From contig JBFJCP010000023.1 of the NCBI GenBank assembly GCA_041615815.1, positions 1 to 64,000 of the forward strand: a DNA stretch of 64,000 bases, in the 5' to 3' direction. Both the position numbers and the translations under genes were made by a program. Shown in pieces: positions 38,796 to 47,172 of this stretch. Under the pieces are notes generated by a model, which saw only the letters and a list, made by a program, of their open reading frames with translations, was not told the DNA's origin and did no database searches. This stretch comes from Gemmatimonadales bacterium (GTDB lineage: Bacteria; Gemmatimonadota; Gemmatimonadetes; Gemmatimonadales; GWC2-71-9). Numbering within the stretch: the stretch's first letter is position 1; every line of letters begins with the position of its first letter.

Positions 38796-40832
38796 ATGAT
38801 TGCGTCACTGCTCAATCGACCGCTCGAAAAACGACCCGACCGTGTGCGCCTCTCAGGGCGCATTCTCTTCCTCGTGGACGATGCCGAGCTCATGCGCCGC
38901 CAGCTTGAGGGCGAGGACCTCGATTGGCCGGTCGCCGCCCCCCTGCGCGACGACATCTCGACGGACGAGATCACGCCTGCCTACATCTGCTACTACTACG
39001 ACGACACGCTTGGCGACTTCCCATACTTGGGTTTGAAAGCCGGCGACGATTTTCCCATCACCCGGGGGAGTGTGCGTCACGGAGCGTTCGTGTGTTCCGT
39101 GGCTGGCAAGCGGCGCGGGAAGGGCTCCTCGCGCGAACAGTCTCCATACGCCGAGATGCGCGCAGGGATACGTCTCGTCATCGGGGAAAGTATCGAGCGC
39201 ATTTATCGAGAAAATTGCCAGAATCTGGGTATTCTCACCAGCACGGACTTCGCCCTCATTCAGCGACTTCGGGCCGGCGAGGAGATTCCACTCCGCGAGT
39301 TCACCGAGCGCGAAGGTGAGATCACGCGGGGAATCATTGAGTACGGCGGTCTCTTCCAGTACAACGTGGGTCGTGTTCAAGGAAGAATCCGCGTCCCCAC
39401 GATTTCCACGCCGAAGCGTCCGATGACCTTGGCCGAAAAGATCATTGCACGACATTGGGTAACCGATCTCGCCCGTGATCAGGTTGGCGTGCCCTACGTG
39501 CAAACGGGAGACGAGGGCTTCGTTCGCACGGACATCCGATTCAGCCATGAATACGTAACGCCGATGGCCGCCATTTTCTGGCAGGACAACGTCGGTGAGC
39601 ACGAGCCAGTGGTCGATGCAAGTTCGGTCTTCTTTTTCCGAGATCACCTCACGTATCTCGAGCTGGCGATGACCGACGAGCGAAAGGCCCAAGGCCTCCT
39701 CGACGTGGCACTCGAGCTGAAGACCAAGCAGGAAGAGTTCGCAGCCCAGCAGGGCATCACTCTCTACGGCGAGCTTCCCCGCCTCGGACCCCACATGATG
39801 GTGCGCGGATCGGAGGCGATCTGTCACTCCAAGATCCTCGAGCAACACGCCCTACCGGGACACCTCATCATCGGGAGCGACTCCCACACTCCGCATGCTG
39901 GTGCCATTGGAAGTGTGGCCTTCGGTGTGGGGACCACAGCCATTTTCAATTCGTGGCTGACGAAAGACGTTCGAATCAAAGTGCCGCCATCGGTGCTCGT
40001 TCGGATCCGCGGGGAGCGTCCGGAGAACGTGACGGCCAAGGACTTCATGTTGCAGATCCTGCGCGACCCGTACGTGAAGAACGGGCGCGCCATTGGGAAA
40101 ATCGTCGAGTATGCGGGCCAAGCGGTCGAGCAACTCTCGATCGACGAGCGTGCCACGATGACGAACATGGCCGCCGAGGTCGGTGCATTCACCGGCATCG
40201 TCAAACCGGATGCCAAGGCCGTGGAGTTTCTGGCGCGAGAGCGTGGCATGGAGCGCGCAGCCGCCGAGGCCATGCTCGACGGACTGTTCTCCGATCCAGA
40301 CGCCGAGTACGAGAAGATCATCGAGGTCGACGCAGCAGCCCTACGCCCGATGGTCGCGCTTCCCGGTGATCCAGGGAACGGGTTGTTCATCGAAGAACTC
40401 GGCGATCCCGTCAAGATCGACATCGCCTATGCCGGTTCGTGCACCGCCGGCAAGAAGTCCGACATGGATATGTACGCGCGCGTGTTTCGCGATGCATTGG
40501 ACCGGAATGAGCGGGTTCATCCAGACGTGCGGTGCTACATCCAGTGCGGTTCGCAGGAAGTGAAACGGTATTGCGAAGACCAAGGCTATCTGGAGGTGTT
40601 CCAGCAGGTCGGTGCCGAATTCATCGAGCCGTCGTGCGGCGCGTGCATCAATGCTGGGCCTGGCGTATCCTACGATCGAGAAACGGTGACGATCAGCGCC
40701 ATTAATCGGAACTTCCCGGGCCGCTCAGGTCCCGGTCAGCTCTACCTGGCCAGTCCGTTTACCACGGCGGCGAGTGCCATCGCTGGCTACATCACCATCT
40801 GGGAGGGCACGGCAATCGCCACGCCGGCGTAG
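38796..40832 (+). CDS. Aconitase/isopropylmalate dehydratase family enzyme, swivel domain first
   Basis: N-terminal DDISTDEI and GSSREQS swivel motifs, then RDH, ICH, SDSHT, GSCT, CGAC, NRNFPGR. Confidence 0.9.
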   Translation: MIASLLNRPLEKRPDRVRLSGRILFLVDDAELMRRQLEGEDLDWPVAAPLRDDISTDEITPAYICYYYDDTLGDFPYLGLKAGDDFPITRGSVRHGAFVCSVAGKRRGKGSSREQSPYAEMRAGIRLVIGESIERIYRENCQNLGILTSTDFALIQRLRAGEEIPLREFTEREGEITRGIIEYGGLFQYNVGRVQGRIRVPTISTPKRPMTLAEKIIARHWVTDLARDQVGVPYVQTGDEGFVRTDIRFSHEYVTPMAAIFWQDNVGEHEPVVDASSVFFFRDHLTYLELAMTDERKAQGLLDVALELKTKQEEFAAQQGITLYGELPRLGPHMMVRGSEAICHSKILEQHALPGHLIIGSDSHTPHAGAIGSVAFGVGTTAIFNSWLTKDVRIKVPPSVLVRIRGERPENVTAKDFMLQILRDPYVKNGRAIGKIVEYAGQAVEQLSIDERATMTNMAAEVGAFTGIVKPDAKAVEFLARERGMERAAAEAMLDGLFSDPDAEYEKIIEVDAAALRPMVALPGDPGNGLFIEELGDPVKIDIAYAGSCTAGKKSDMDMYARVFRDALDRNERVHPDVRCYIQCGSQEVKRYCEDQGYLEVFQQVGAEFIEPSCGACINAGPGVSYDRETVTISAINRNFPGRSGPGQLYLASPFTTAASAIAGYITIWEGTAIATPA

Positions 40833-40835
40833 CGG

Positions 40836-42068
40836 TCAACGAAACGGCTCGCCGAAAGCTCCCGTTGAGATGTTGACGCCGGCAACCGGTGGATTGCGAC
40901 GAAAGGCTGCGGCCGGATAGACCCCCCGAGCATTCCATAACACCCACTCCTGGATCCCTGCGTCCTCCGCGGCCGCGATCTGTGCGCGCACTTCCGCCGC
41001 CGTGTAGCGCGGGCGTCCAAGCGTAAACGCTTGGAGGAACGGGCGAATACGGCCCGGGCGCTCCAGCCTGGCCGTCCGCTGAATTCCGTCCTCGAGCGCG
41101 CGGCGCACGACACTGTAAGGCTGTGAGTTGGGGTGACGCAGGCCGTAGGTCCCGCGCCGATAGTGACTGGGGTAGATCATAGGGAGCACGACGTCCGCGA
41201 TCGTGATCAAGTCCTCCCAGTACTGACCGATGCCCAACCCACCCTCGGAACTCGTGGTCAGACCGAAGACATCGATGGTGAACGGTACACCGAGCGGCTT
41301 GACGCGATCCCGTAATAGCTCGAGGTGGCGCGCGAGTGATGCGCGCTGACTCTCGTCGCCACGCTGCGCAGCATACACCGCTCGCTTCAGGCGATGTGGA
41401 GGTTCGTCGGGGAATCGCACGTAATCGAATTGGATTTCGGCGAAGCCGTAACGCACGGCCTCCTGAGCGAGCTCGGCGGCGTAGATCCACACCGAATCGT
41501 TGTGGGCATCCACCCACGGTTTTCCCAAACCATCGTGCCAAAGCCCGCCCTGCACATCGCGAATCGCCCAGTGCGGTTTCTGCTGCGCTAAGAGGGGATC
41601 GCGAGCCACGACGATTCGGGCGATGGCGTGTATCCCGTGCGCGCGGAGGCGTGCGAGTCGGCGCGCCGTGTCGGGGGCACGGACTTCCGCGTTCGCCCCA
41701 ATCTCAATCGCGGTTCGAACGGTGGACGGAAAAGTCACGTATCCCGTCGCGTCCTTCGCGTCGATGACGAACGCATTGACCTCGGTCGTGTCGGCGAGGC
41801 GGATGAGCTTGTCGAGCCGGGACGAGCCAAATAACCACGCGTTCAGATAGATGCCCCGCACCACCTGCGGCGGCGGATCGGTTGGTGGTGCTGGCTGACG
41901 GAGGGGATCGGACACTCGCGGTTCAATCGCCGCGAGATAGTTGGGTGCGGTGTGATCGTGGTGCAGCGGCGCCAGGTGAGCCGGGCGTCCCAGCTCCTGT
42001 GTCAGGCCGGGGCCCGCGACGCACGCGACGCCGAGAAACGCCGCGCCAATCCCGACGCGCCAACGCAT
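40836..42068 (-). CDS. Putative glycoside hydrolase (DUF4015)
   Basis: VRGIY, NAFVIDAKD..G, IARIVVARD, EIQFDYVRFP, DVFG, IGQ, PMIYPSHY, RPFLQAF, W.LWN. Confidence 0.88.
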   Translation of the reverse strand: MRWRVGIGAAFLGVACVAGPGLTQELGRPAHLAPLHHDHTAPNYLAAIEPRVSDPLRQPAPPTDPPPQVVRGIYLNAWLFGSSRLDKLIRLADTTEVNAFVIDAKDATGYVTFPSTVRTAIEIGANAEVRAPDTARRLARLRAHGIHAIARIVVARDPLLAQQKPHWAIRDVQGGLWHDGLGKPWVDAHNDSVWIYAAELAQEAVRYGFAEIQFDYVRFPDEPPHRLKRAVYAAQRGDESQRASLARHLELLRDRVKPLGVPFTIDVFGLTTSSEGGLGIGQYWEDLITIADVVLPMIYPSHYRRGTYGLRHPNSQPYSVVRRALEDGIQRTARLERPGRIRPFLQAFTLGRPRYTAAEVRAQIAAAEDAGIQEWVLWNARGVYPAAAFRRNPPVAGVNISTGAFGEPFR

Positions 42069-42080
42069 GATCGACGTGGC

Positions 42081-43475
42081 CTACTGCGGATCGTCGATTC
42101 GGTGCAGCTCCACGCGTCGGTTCTGTGCACGACCGTCCCGAGTCTGGTTGGTGGCAATCGGGCGCTCCGGGCCGTAACCCTTGGCTTGCATCCGGGAGTA
42201 TGCCACGCCCCGCTGTGCGAGGTATGCCACCACGGCCTGTGCACGTGCTTGCGAGAGCCGCATGTTGAGGGCGCGTGACCCGGTTGCATCAGTGTGTCCG
42301 GAGACCTCGATACGGACGTCCGGGTAGGCCAAGAGCGACTTGGCCACTTCATCGAGAACAGCGTGCGATTCGGGCGTGAGACGAGACTTGCCAGTCTCGA
42401 AATTCACACCTTGGAGAACGAGCGGTTGGGCGCGCCCTTTCTCCTCGCGGAAAAGGACCGGGCAGCCGATGGCGTCGACCTCGGTACCAGCCGGCGTTCC
42501 CGCACAGCGATCGATACCGTCGTATACACCGTCACCGTCGGAGTCTCTGGGACATCCCTCCGCGTCCACCTCGGCATTTGCCGGAGTGTCGGCGCACCGA
42601 TCGAGCCCGTCGAAGACGCCGTCACCGTCGGTGTCCCGAGGACAACCATTCTCGTCCACCGCCGCCCCGACGGGTGAGTCAGGACAGATGTCGATGCCGT
42701 CCAGCACGCCGTCGGTGTCGGTGTCCCTGGGACAACCAAGCGGGTCGACGACCGCGCCCAACGGAGTGTCCGGGCAGGAATCCAAACCGTCGAACACGCC
42801 GTCGCTATCGCTGTCGATGGGACATCCCTGCTCATCCACACGGGCACCGGCGGGAGTCTCGGGGCAGCGATCGCGCTTGTCGGGGACGAGATCCCCATCC
42901 GTGTCTCTCGGAGTGCCGCCGAAGGCGAAGATCGAGATCCCGGCGGCGCCACCAAAGTTCACAACCCGGTCGTCGCCGAGTTGGAGCGCCGAGCTGGGGT
43001 AGTATGCCGCCCGACCCTCGAGCCGCAGCGCGACGCGGCTCCCGAAGTGCAGCCGATCACCCAGGATGACGTGTCCACCGTTGTCGTCGGCCTCGAGGCC
43101 GCCTCGGTAGAAGAGACGCTCGTAGCCAGCTCCCACGTAGAGGCTGTTCCAGCTGGCGAGCCGCAAGTGACCAAGCAGCGTACCGCCCACGCGAGCGACG
43201 TCCACCTGCGTTCCCACGCCGGTCATCTCGGTTTGCGTAAAATCCCCATTGGCTTCGATGGAGAGGCCCGGAACGAAGAACAGCCCGAGTCGGCCTCCCG
43301 CTCCCATGCGGGAGTCGAGGACGAGACTCTGGGCATCGTACCGCGTGAACGTCCCATAGGTGCCCAATTCCACCCTGGGCGACCCGCCGTTTTGGGCGGC
43401 AGCGGGAAAACTCGTGAGGCTGAGCAGCAGCGCGAGGCCGCCGAGCGTGCGGCACGGTGTCCGAGATTCTGGCAT
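42081..43475 (-). CDS. OmpA-family outer membrane protein with TSP3-type repeats
   Basis: Signal peptide, beta-barrel, acidic Cys repeats, GHTD..G...N..LS..RA and NRRVE peptidoglycan-binding domain. Confidence 0.93.
   Translation of the reverse strand: MPESRTPCRTLGGLALLLSLTSFPAAAQNGGSPRVELGTYGTFTRYDAQSLVLDSRMGAGGRLGLFFVPGLSIEANGDFTQTEMTGVGTQVDVARVGGTLLGHLRLASWNSLYVGAGYERLFYRGGLEADDNGGHVILGDRLHFGSRVALRLEGRAAYYPSSALQLGDDRVVNFGGAAGISIFAFGGTPRDTDGDLVPDKRDRCPETPAGARVDEQGCPIDSDSDGVFDGLDSCPDTPLGAVVDPLGCPRDTDTDGVLDGIDICPDSPVGAAVDENGCPRDTDGDGVFDGLDRCADTPANAEVDAEGCPRDSDGDGVYDGIDRCAGTPAGTEVDAIGCPVLFREEKGRAQPLVLQGVNFETGKSRLTPESHAVLDEVAKSLLAYPDVRIEVSGHTDATGSRALNMRLSQARAQAVVAYLAQRGVAYSRMQAKGYGPERPIATNQTRDGRAQNRRVELHRIDDPQ
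42459..42908 (-). repeat. Five tandem 90-nt (30-aa) thrombospondin type 3-like repeats
   Basis: xDxDxDGVxDGxDxCxxTPxGxxVDxxGCP repeated five times within the OmpA gene. Confidence 0.9.
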
Positions 43476-43542
43476 GAAAAGAAGTTTGCGGACCGGCGGG
43501 GGTCGGGCTATGTCGTTCGTGGTAAATAGGTTGTGATATTTC

Positions 43543-45639
43543 TCACGTCTTCGTGCCTCCGACGAGTCGGCCGCTCTCCGTCAACTGGTCTGCCAGCGTG
43601 CGCAGCTCGGTCGCTCCCTGGTGGAGCTCGGCGATGGAACGAAGCTGCTCGGCCGCCGCTCCGGCCCCGCCCGCCGCCTCGGCAGCAGACTGGGCGGCGG
43701 CCGTCTGTGCGTCCGCAAGGATGGCTTTGGCGCGCTCCGCGAGCTCCCGATTCCGCCGCGGCACCTGGACCAGTCGCTCGCCCGTGTCCTTCGCAGCGTC
43801 CGCCGTGGTGACGATGCCCGTGAGCTGATCACTCCACCGACTGGCCGAACCACTCAGCTCCCCGAGCTGGCGGCCCAAATCCTCCAACACTCGGGCCGCC
43901 CGGTCGATGACGCGGCGCGTCTCCTGAGCGTTGCGTCCCATGCTTCGGGCGGCGTGCCCGCTCTGCTCGGCGAGCTTGCGGACTTCCTCGGCGACGACGG
44001 CGAATCCCTTGCCCTGTATGCCAGTCCGCGCGGCCTCGATGGTTGCGTTCAGTGCCAGCATGTTGGTTTGGTTGGCGATCCCGGCGATCGCTTCAGCAAA
44101 GCGCTCCACCTCACTGGCAGCGTCTCGCAGCCGGCCGACCTCGGCCGACCCGGCGGCGATGGTGGTCGTCAAATGCTGGAGCTCCGAGGCCGTTCGGTTG
44201 CTTGCTTCCTGCACATCCACCGCCGCCCGCGCCATCGTGTGACTGGTGGCCTGTGTCTCCGTCGCTGCCTGCATCATCTCGTCGATTCCCCCCGCCAGAC
44301 GCGCCAGCGCGTCCACCGCCTCTTCCACGCGACCAGCCGCGCGTCTTGCCTCTCCCTGCGCGCTCGACGAGGCAGATGCGACAGACTCAGCCATGGTTCG
44401 GAGGGCTTCGCTCGCGGCAGTGAGTCGCACCACATAGGCAGCCGTCTGGGTGGAGGACCGGTCAATCGGTTGCAGGAGTGATGTGAGGACGATCGAAAGC
44501 GCGAGTTGCGGCGCCAAGAGGTTGAGCAACTGCCCGTCTGCCTCGCGATACATTGTGGGATCCGAATGTCGGACGCTCCACATTCCCACGAGCTGGCCGG
44601 CGTGATACAAGGGAATGAGTACCTCGGCTCCGGGTGTCTCTCCCTCCGGAAGCACGATGTTTGCTTTGCGGAAGACGTTGGACACCAGGGGCTGTCCCCG
44701 ACGAACCGCCTCGCCTGTCAACCCGGACCGGGCATCGAAGCGCAACTGTTCCGCGGTTGCGGTATCCGCGAGCAATATCAGCTCTTCCGAACCCGTTTCG
44801 TAGCGGGCGAAGCCCATGTTCTCCCACGATACGAGATGGCGCGTGACCTCTTGAATCCGATGGAAGCTTCGCTCGATGCTGACCTCGGCGGCCACAGTCC
44901 CCGCGAGACCCTGCACCAGTCGTAGCTCGTCCGCCCGGACGGCCGTGCGAATGATCCAGTAGAGCAGCGCCCCCGCCGCGAGGAGGAGCACGGCCAAGAG
45001 GCCTGCCTCCAAGGGCGGCGGCGACTCGTGGAGCAACGCGCTCCATCCGAGGGCGAGTGCGAGACCGGAAAACGTGACCACCGCCTCCCAGCGGAGCGTC
45101 AGCTTGGCGTCCACCCACGCCACGCTCCCGCTCAGGGCCAATTCGAAGTAGAACGTGGCGTTGGCCACCAGCGGCAACACCAGCAGGAGCACGATGAGGG
45201 GGAAGAGGTTGTCGATAGTGAGCGCACCTGGGCCAACGACCCCGTTCAGACTGCTATAGAGGAGACCGGACAGGCCGGCGGCCACGGCGATGTGGGCCGT
45301 CGTGGCAATCCCCACCCATGCCCGCCTGCGGAAGGCCAGATCGCCCAGGGGGACCCCGACGGCCGCCACGATGACGCCGAACTCCCACCCCTGCAGCAAC
45401 ATCGCCACGAGCACGACGGCAAGAATGAAGGACGCAAACCCGCGTCCGGGGAGCGGGATGCCCAGTGGTCGTGACAGCGCTGCCGCGGCCCCCAACAGGA
45501 CGAACTGGAGGGCCGCCGCGCCAACCCGCATCTCCGGGCGGGTGGCAAGCGCCACGACGGCCAGCATCACGAACAATGCACCGGCACCGTACACCAGCGT
45601 GCGGAGGGCGGTGATGCCTGCGGTGGATGGACGAGTCAC
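43543..45639 (-). CDS. Methyl-accepting chemotaxis protein with a multi-TM sensor and GAF domain
   Basis: About 7 hydrophobic segments, GAF-like [10 protein letters not shown]...[15 protein letters not shown] tip [15 protein letters not shown]...[13 protein letters not shown]; start uncertain. Confidence 0.9.
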   Translation of the reverse strand: MTRPSTAGITALRTLVYGAGALFVMLAVVALATRPEMRVGAAALQFVLLGAAAALSRPLGIPLPGRGFASFILAVVLVAMLLQGWEFGVIVAAVGVPLGDLAFRRRAWVGIATTAHIAVAAGLSGLLYSSLNGVVGPGALTIDNLFPLIVLLLVLPLVANATFYFELALSGSVAWVDAKLTLRWEAVVTFSGLALALGWSALLHESPPPLEAGLLAVLLLAAGALLYWIIRTAVRADELRLVQGLAGTVAAEVSIERSFHRIQEVTRHLVSWENMGFARYETGSEELILLADTATAEQLRFDARSGLTGEAVRRGQPLVSNVFRKANIVLPEGETPGAEVLIPLYHAGQLVGMWSVRHSDPTMYREADGQLLNLLAPQLALSIVLTSLLQPIDRSSTQTAAYVVRLTAASEALRTMAESVASASSSAQGEARRAAGRVEEAVDALARLAGGIDEMMQAATETQATSHTMARAAVDVQEASNRTASELQHLTTTIAAGSAEVGRLRDAASEVERFAEAIAGIANQTNMLALNATIEAARTGIQGKGFAVVAEEVRKLAEQSGHAARSMGRNAQETRRVIDRAARVLEDLGRQLGELSGSASRWSDQLTGIVTTADAAKDTGERLVQVPRRNRELAERAKAILADAQTAAAQSAAEAAGGAGAAAEQLRSIAELHQGATELRTLADQLTESGRLVGGTKT

Positions 45640-45658
45640 GGTGCGCGGCGAACCGTAG

Positions 45659-45674
45659 GCTAAAGGCGTGCCAA
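45659..45674 (-). promoter_or_regulatory. Candidate sigma54 promoter TTGGCACG-CCTT-TAGC for the MCP
   Basis: Consensus -24 box and GG-N10-GC spacing, 19 nt upstream of GTG 45639. Confidence 0.55.
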
Positions 45675-45806
45675 TCTTGGGGGCGGAAGCGCGAATGAGC
45701 AAGCCGTCTGCCGGCACCCCCTGCGTGGCGTGGCCGGTGGTCGCGAGCCGATTACTTTACAGGGTTACTGCTTTGGAACGGTGCTTTCGCTTTTGGAGAC
45801 CGAGGC

Positions 45807-46037
45807 GTGAAGGTCACGATCCAGTATTGCGTGGTTTGAAACTACGAACCCCGGGCCGCCAGTTTGGCGGCCGACATCCGCGCGCGTTATCCGACTGCCG
45901 ACGTTCGCCTCGTCGAAGCGTCCGGCGGCCTCTTCGAGGTCGCTGTGGACGGTGACCTCGTCTTTTCCAAACAGGCGCTCGGACGCCACGCGGAGCCAGG
46001 CGAGGTGGTTGGGCTGATCGAGGGCAAGCTGGGATAG
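45807..46037 (+). CDS. Rdx/SelW-like selenoprotein (CxxU), 76 aa, absent from the ORF track
   Basis: Translates as MKVTIQYCVVUNYEPRAASLAADIRARYPTADVRLVEASGGLFEVAVDGDLVFSKQALGRHAEPGEVVGLIEGKLG; in-frame TGA at 45837-45839; GGAG/GAGG RBS. Confidence 0.9.
45854..45872 (+). other. Candidate bacterial SECIS hairpin
   Basis: GGCCGCCA-GTT-TGGCGGCC, G-containing loop 22 nt downstream of the UGA. Confidence 0.7.
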
Positions 46038-46046
46038 GGGCGAACA

Positions 46047-47126
46047 ATGCGAATCGCGATCTGCACCGGTGGAGGAGACGCCCCAGGCCTCAACGCCGTC
46101 ATCCGCTCAGCCGTCTTGAGTGCGGTGCACCGCGGTTGGACGGTGCTCGGTGTGCGGCGAGGCTTTGGCGGCCTCTTGGGAGATGCCCGCATCGTGCCGC
46201 TCGACCGCGAGACGGTACGTGGCATCACCCATCTCGGGGGCACGATCCTGGGCACTACCAACCGGGGGAATCCGTTCCGTTGGCCCATGCTCCAAACGGA
46301 TGGCACGTGGGCCGAGAAGGACCGGTCGGACGAGTTGGTGGCGTCGTTCAAGGATCTCGAGCTCGATGCGCTGATCGCCGTGGGCGGTGACGGCACGCTG
46401 GCGATCGCGCTGGATCTCTGGAAGAAGGGTGTTCCCATCGTCGGTGTGCCCAAGACGATCGACAACGATGTTGGCGGTACTGTCCAGACTTTCGGCTTCG
46501 ATACGGCCGTGCAGACGGCGACCGAAGCGATCGACAAAGTGCATCCGTCGGCCGAGAGTCACGAGCGTGTGCTCGTGATCGAAGTCATGGGTCGAGATGC
46601 TGGATGGATCGCGTTGGCGTCCGGCCTTGCCGGAACGGCGGACGTGATCCTGATCCCCGAGATTCCTTTCAGCTTCGCGCGCGTGTGCGAGAAGGTTCGT
46701 TCGCGGGAAGCCGAAGGGAGACACTTCAGCGTGGTGGTCGTGGCGGAAGGGGCGTTCCCCAAGGAGGGCGCGAAGACCGTCAAAACGGCTTCGGCACCTG
46801 GTAGCGCCGCGCGGCTCGGCGGCATCGGTGAACGGGTGGCGGAACAAATCTCGCGGCACACGGGGAAAGAAACGCGTACGTTGACCCTCGGACACCTCCA
46901 GCGAGGCGGATTCCCAACCACGTTCGACCGCCTCCTGGCTCTCCGTTTTGGAGCCGCCGCCGTCCGAGCGGTTGCCGACGGCCGTTTTGGATACATGGTC
47001 GCTCTCGATCCCCCCGAGGTAACGCTGGTGAAAATGGTGGACGCGCTCCGCGGTCCTCGTGGGGTTCCGCTCGACTCCGACGTCATTGCCACTGCGCGCG
47101 AGCTGGGCGTCTGTCTCGGCGACTGA
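46047..47126 (+). CDS. pfkA: 6-phosphofructokinase (PfkA family, group III-like)
   Basis: TGGGDAPGLN, GGTILGT, GGDGT, PKTIDND, EVMGRDAGW, LGHLQRGG. Confidence 0.95.
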   Translation: MRIAICTGGGDAPGLNAVIRSAVLSAVHRGWTVLGVRRGFGGLLGDARIVPLDRETVRGITHLGGTILGTTNRGNPFRWPMLQTDGTWAEKDRSDELVASFKDLELDALIAVGGDGTLAIALDLWKKGVPIVGVPKTIDNDVGGTVQTFGFDTAVQTATEAIDKVHPSAESHERVLVIEVMGRDAGWIALASGLAGTADVILIPEIPFSFARVCEKVRSREAEGRHFSVVVVAEGAFPKEGAKTVKTASAPGSAARLGGIGERVAEQISRHTGKETRTLTLGHLQRGGFPTTFDRLLALRFGAAAVRAVADGRFGYMVALDPPEVTLVKMVDALRGPRGVPLDSDVIATARELGVCLGD

Positions 47127-47172
47127 CAACCTCCGGCGGGCGCTTGTGTCCCGCGCCGCAATCTGATTCTCG

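Noticed and set aside
42459..42908. Periodic repeats as a possible CRISPR array
   Set aside because: In-frame, codon-degenerate 90-nt repeats encoding TSP3-like motifs; no spacers or cas genes.
45668..46047. ORF-track calls 45668-45955, 45765-45989 and 45814-46047
   Set aside because: No motifs; the region is explained by the UGA read-through Rdx gene.
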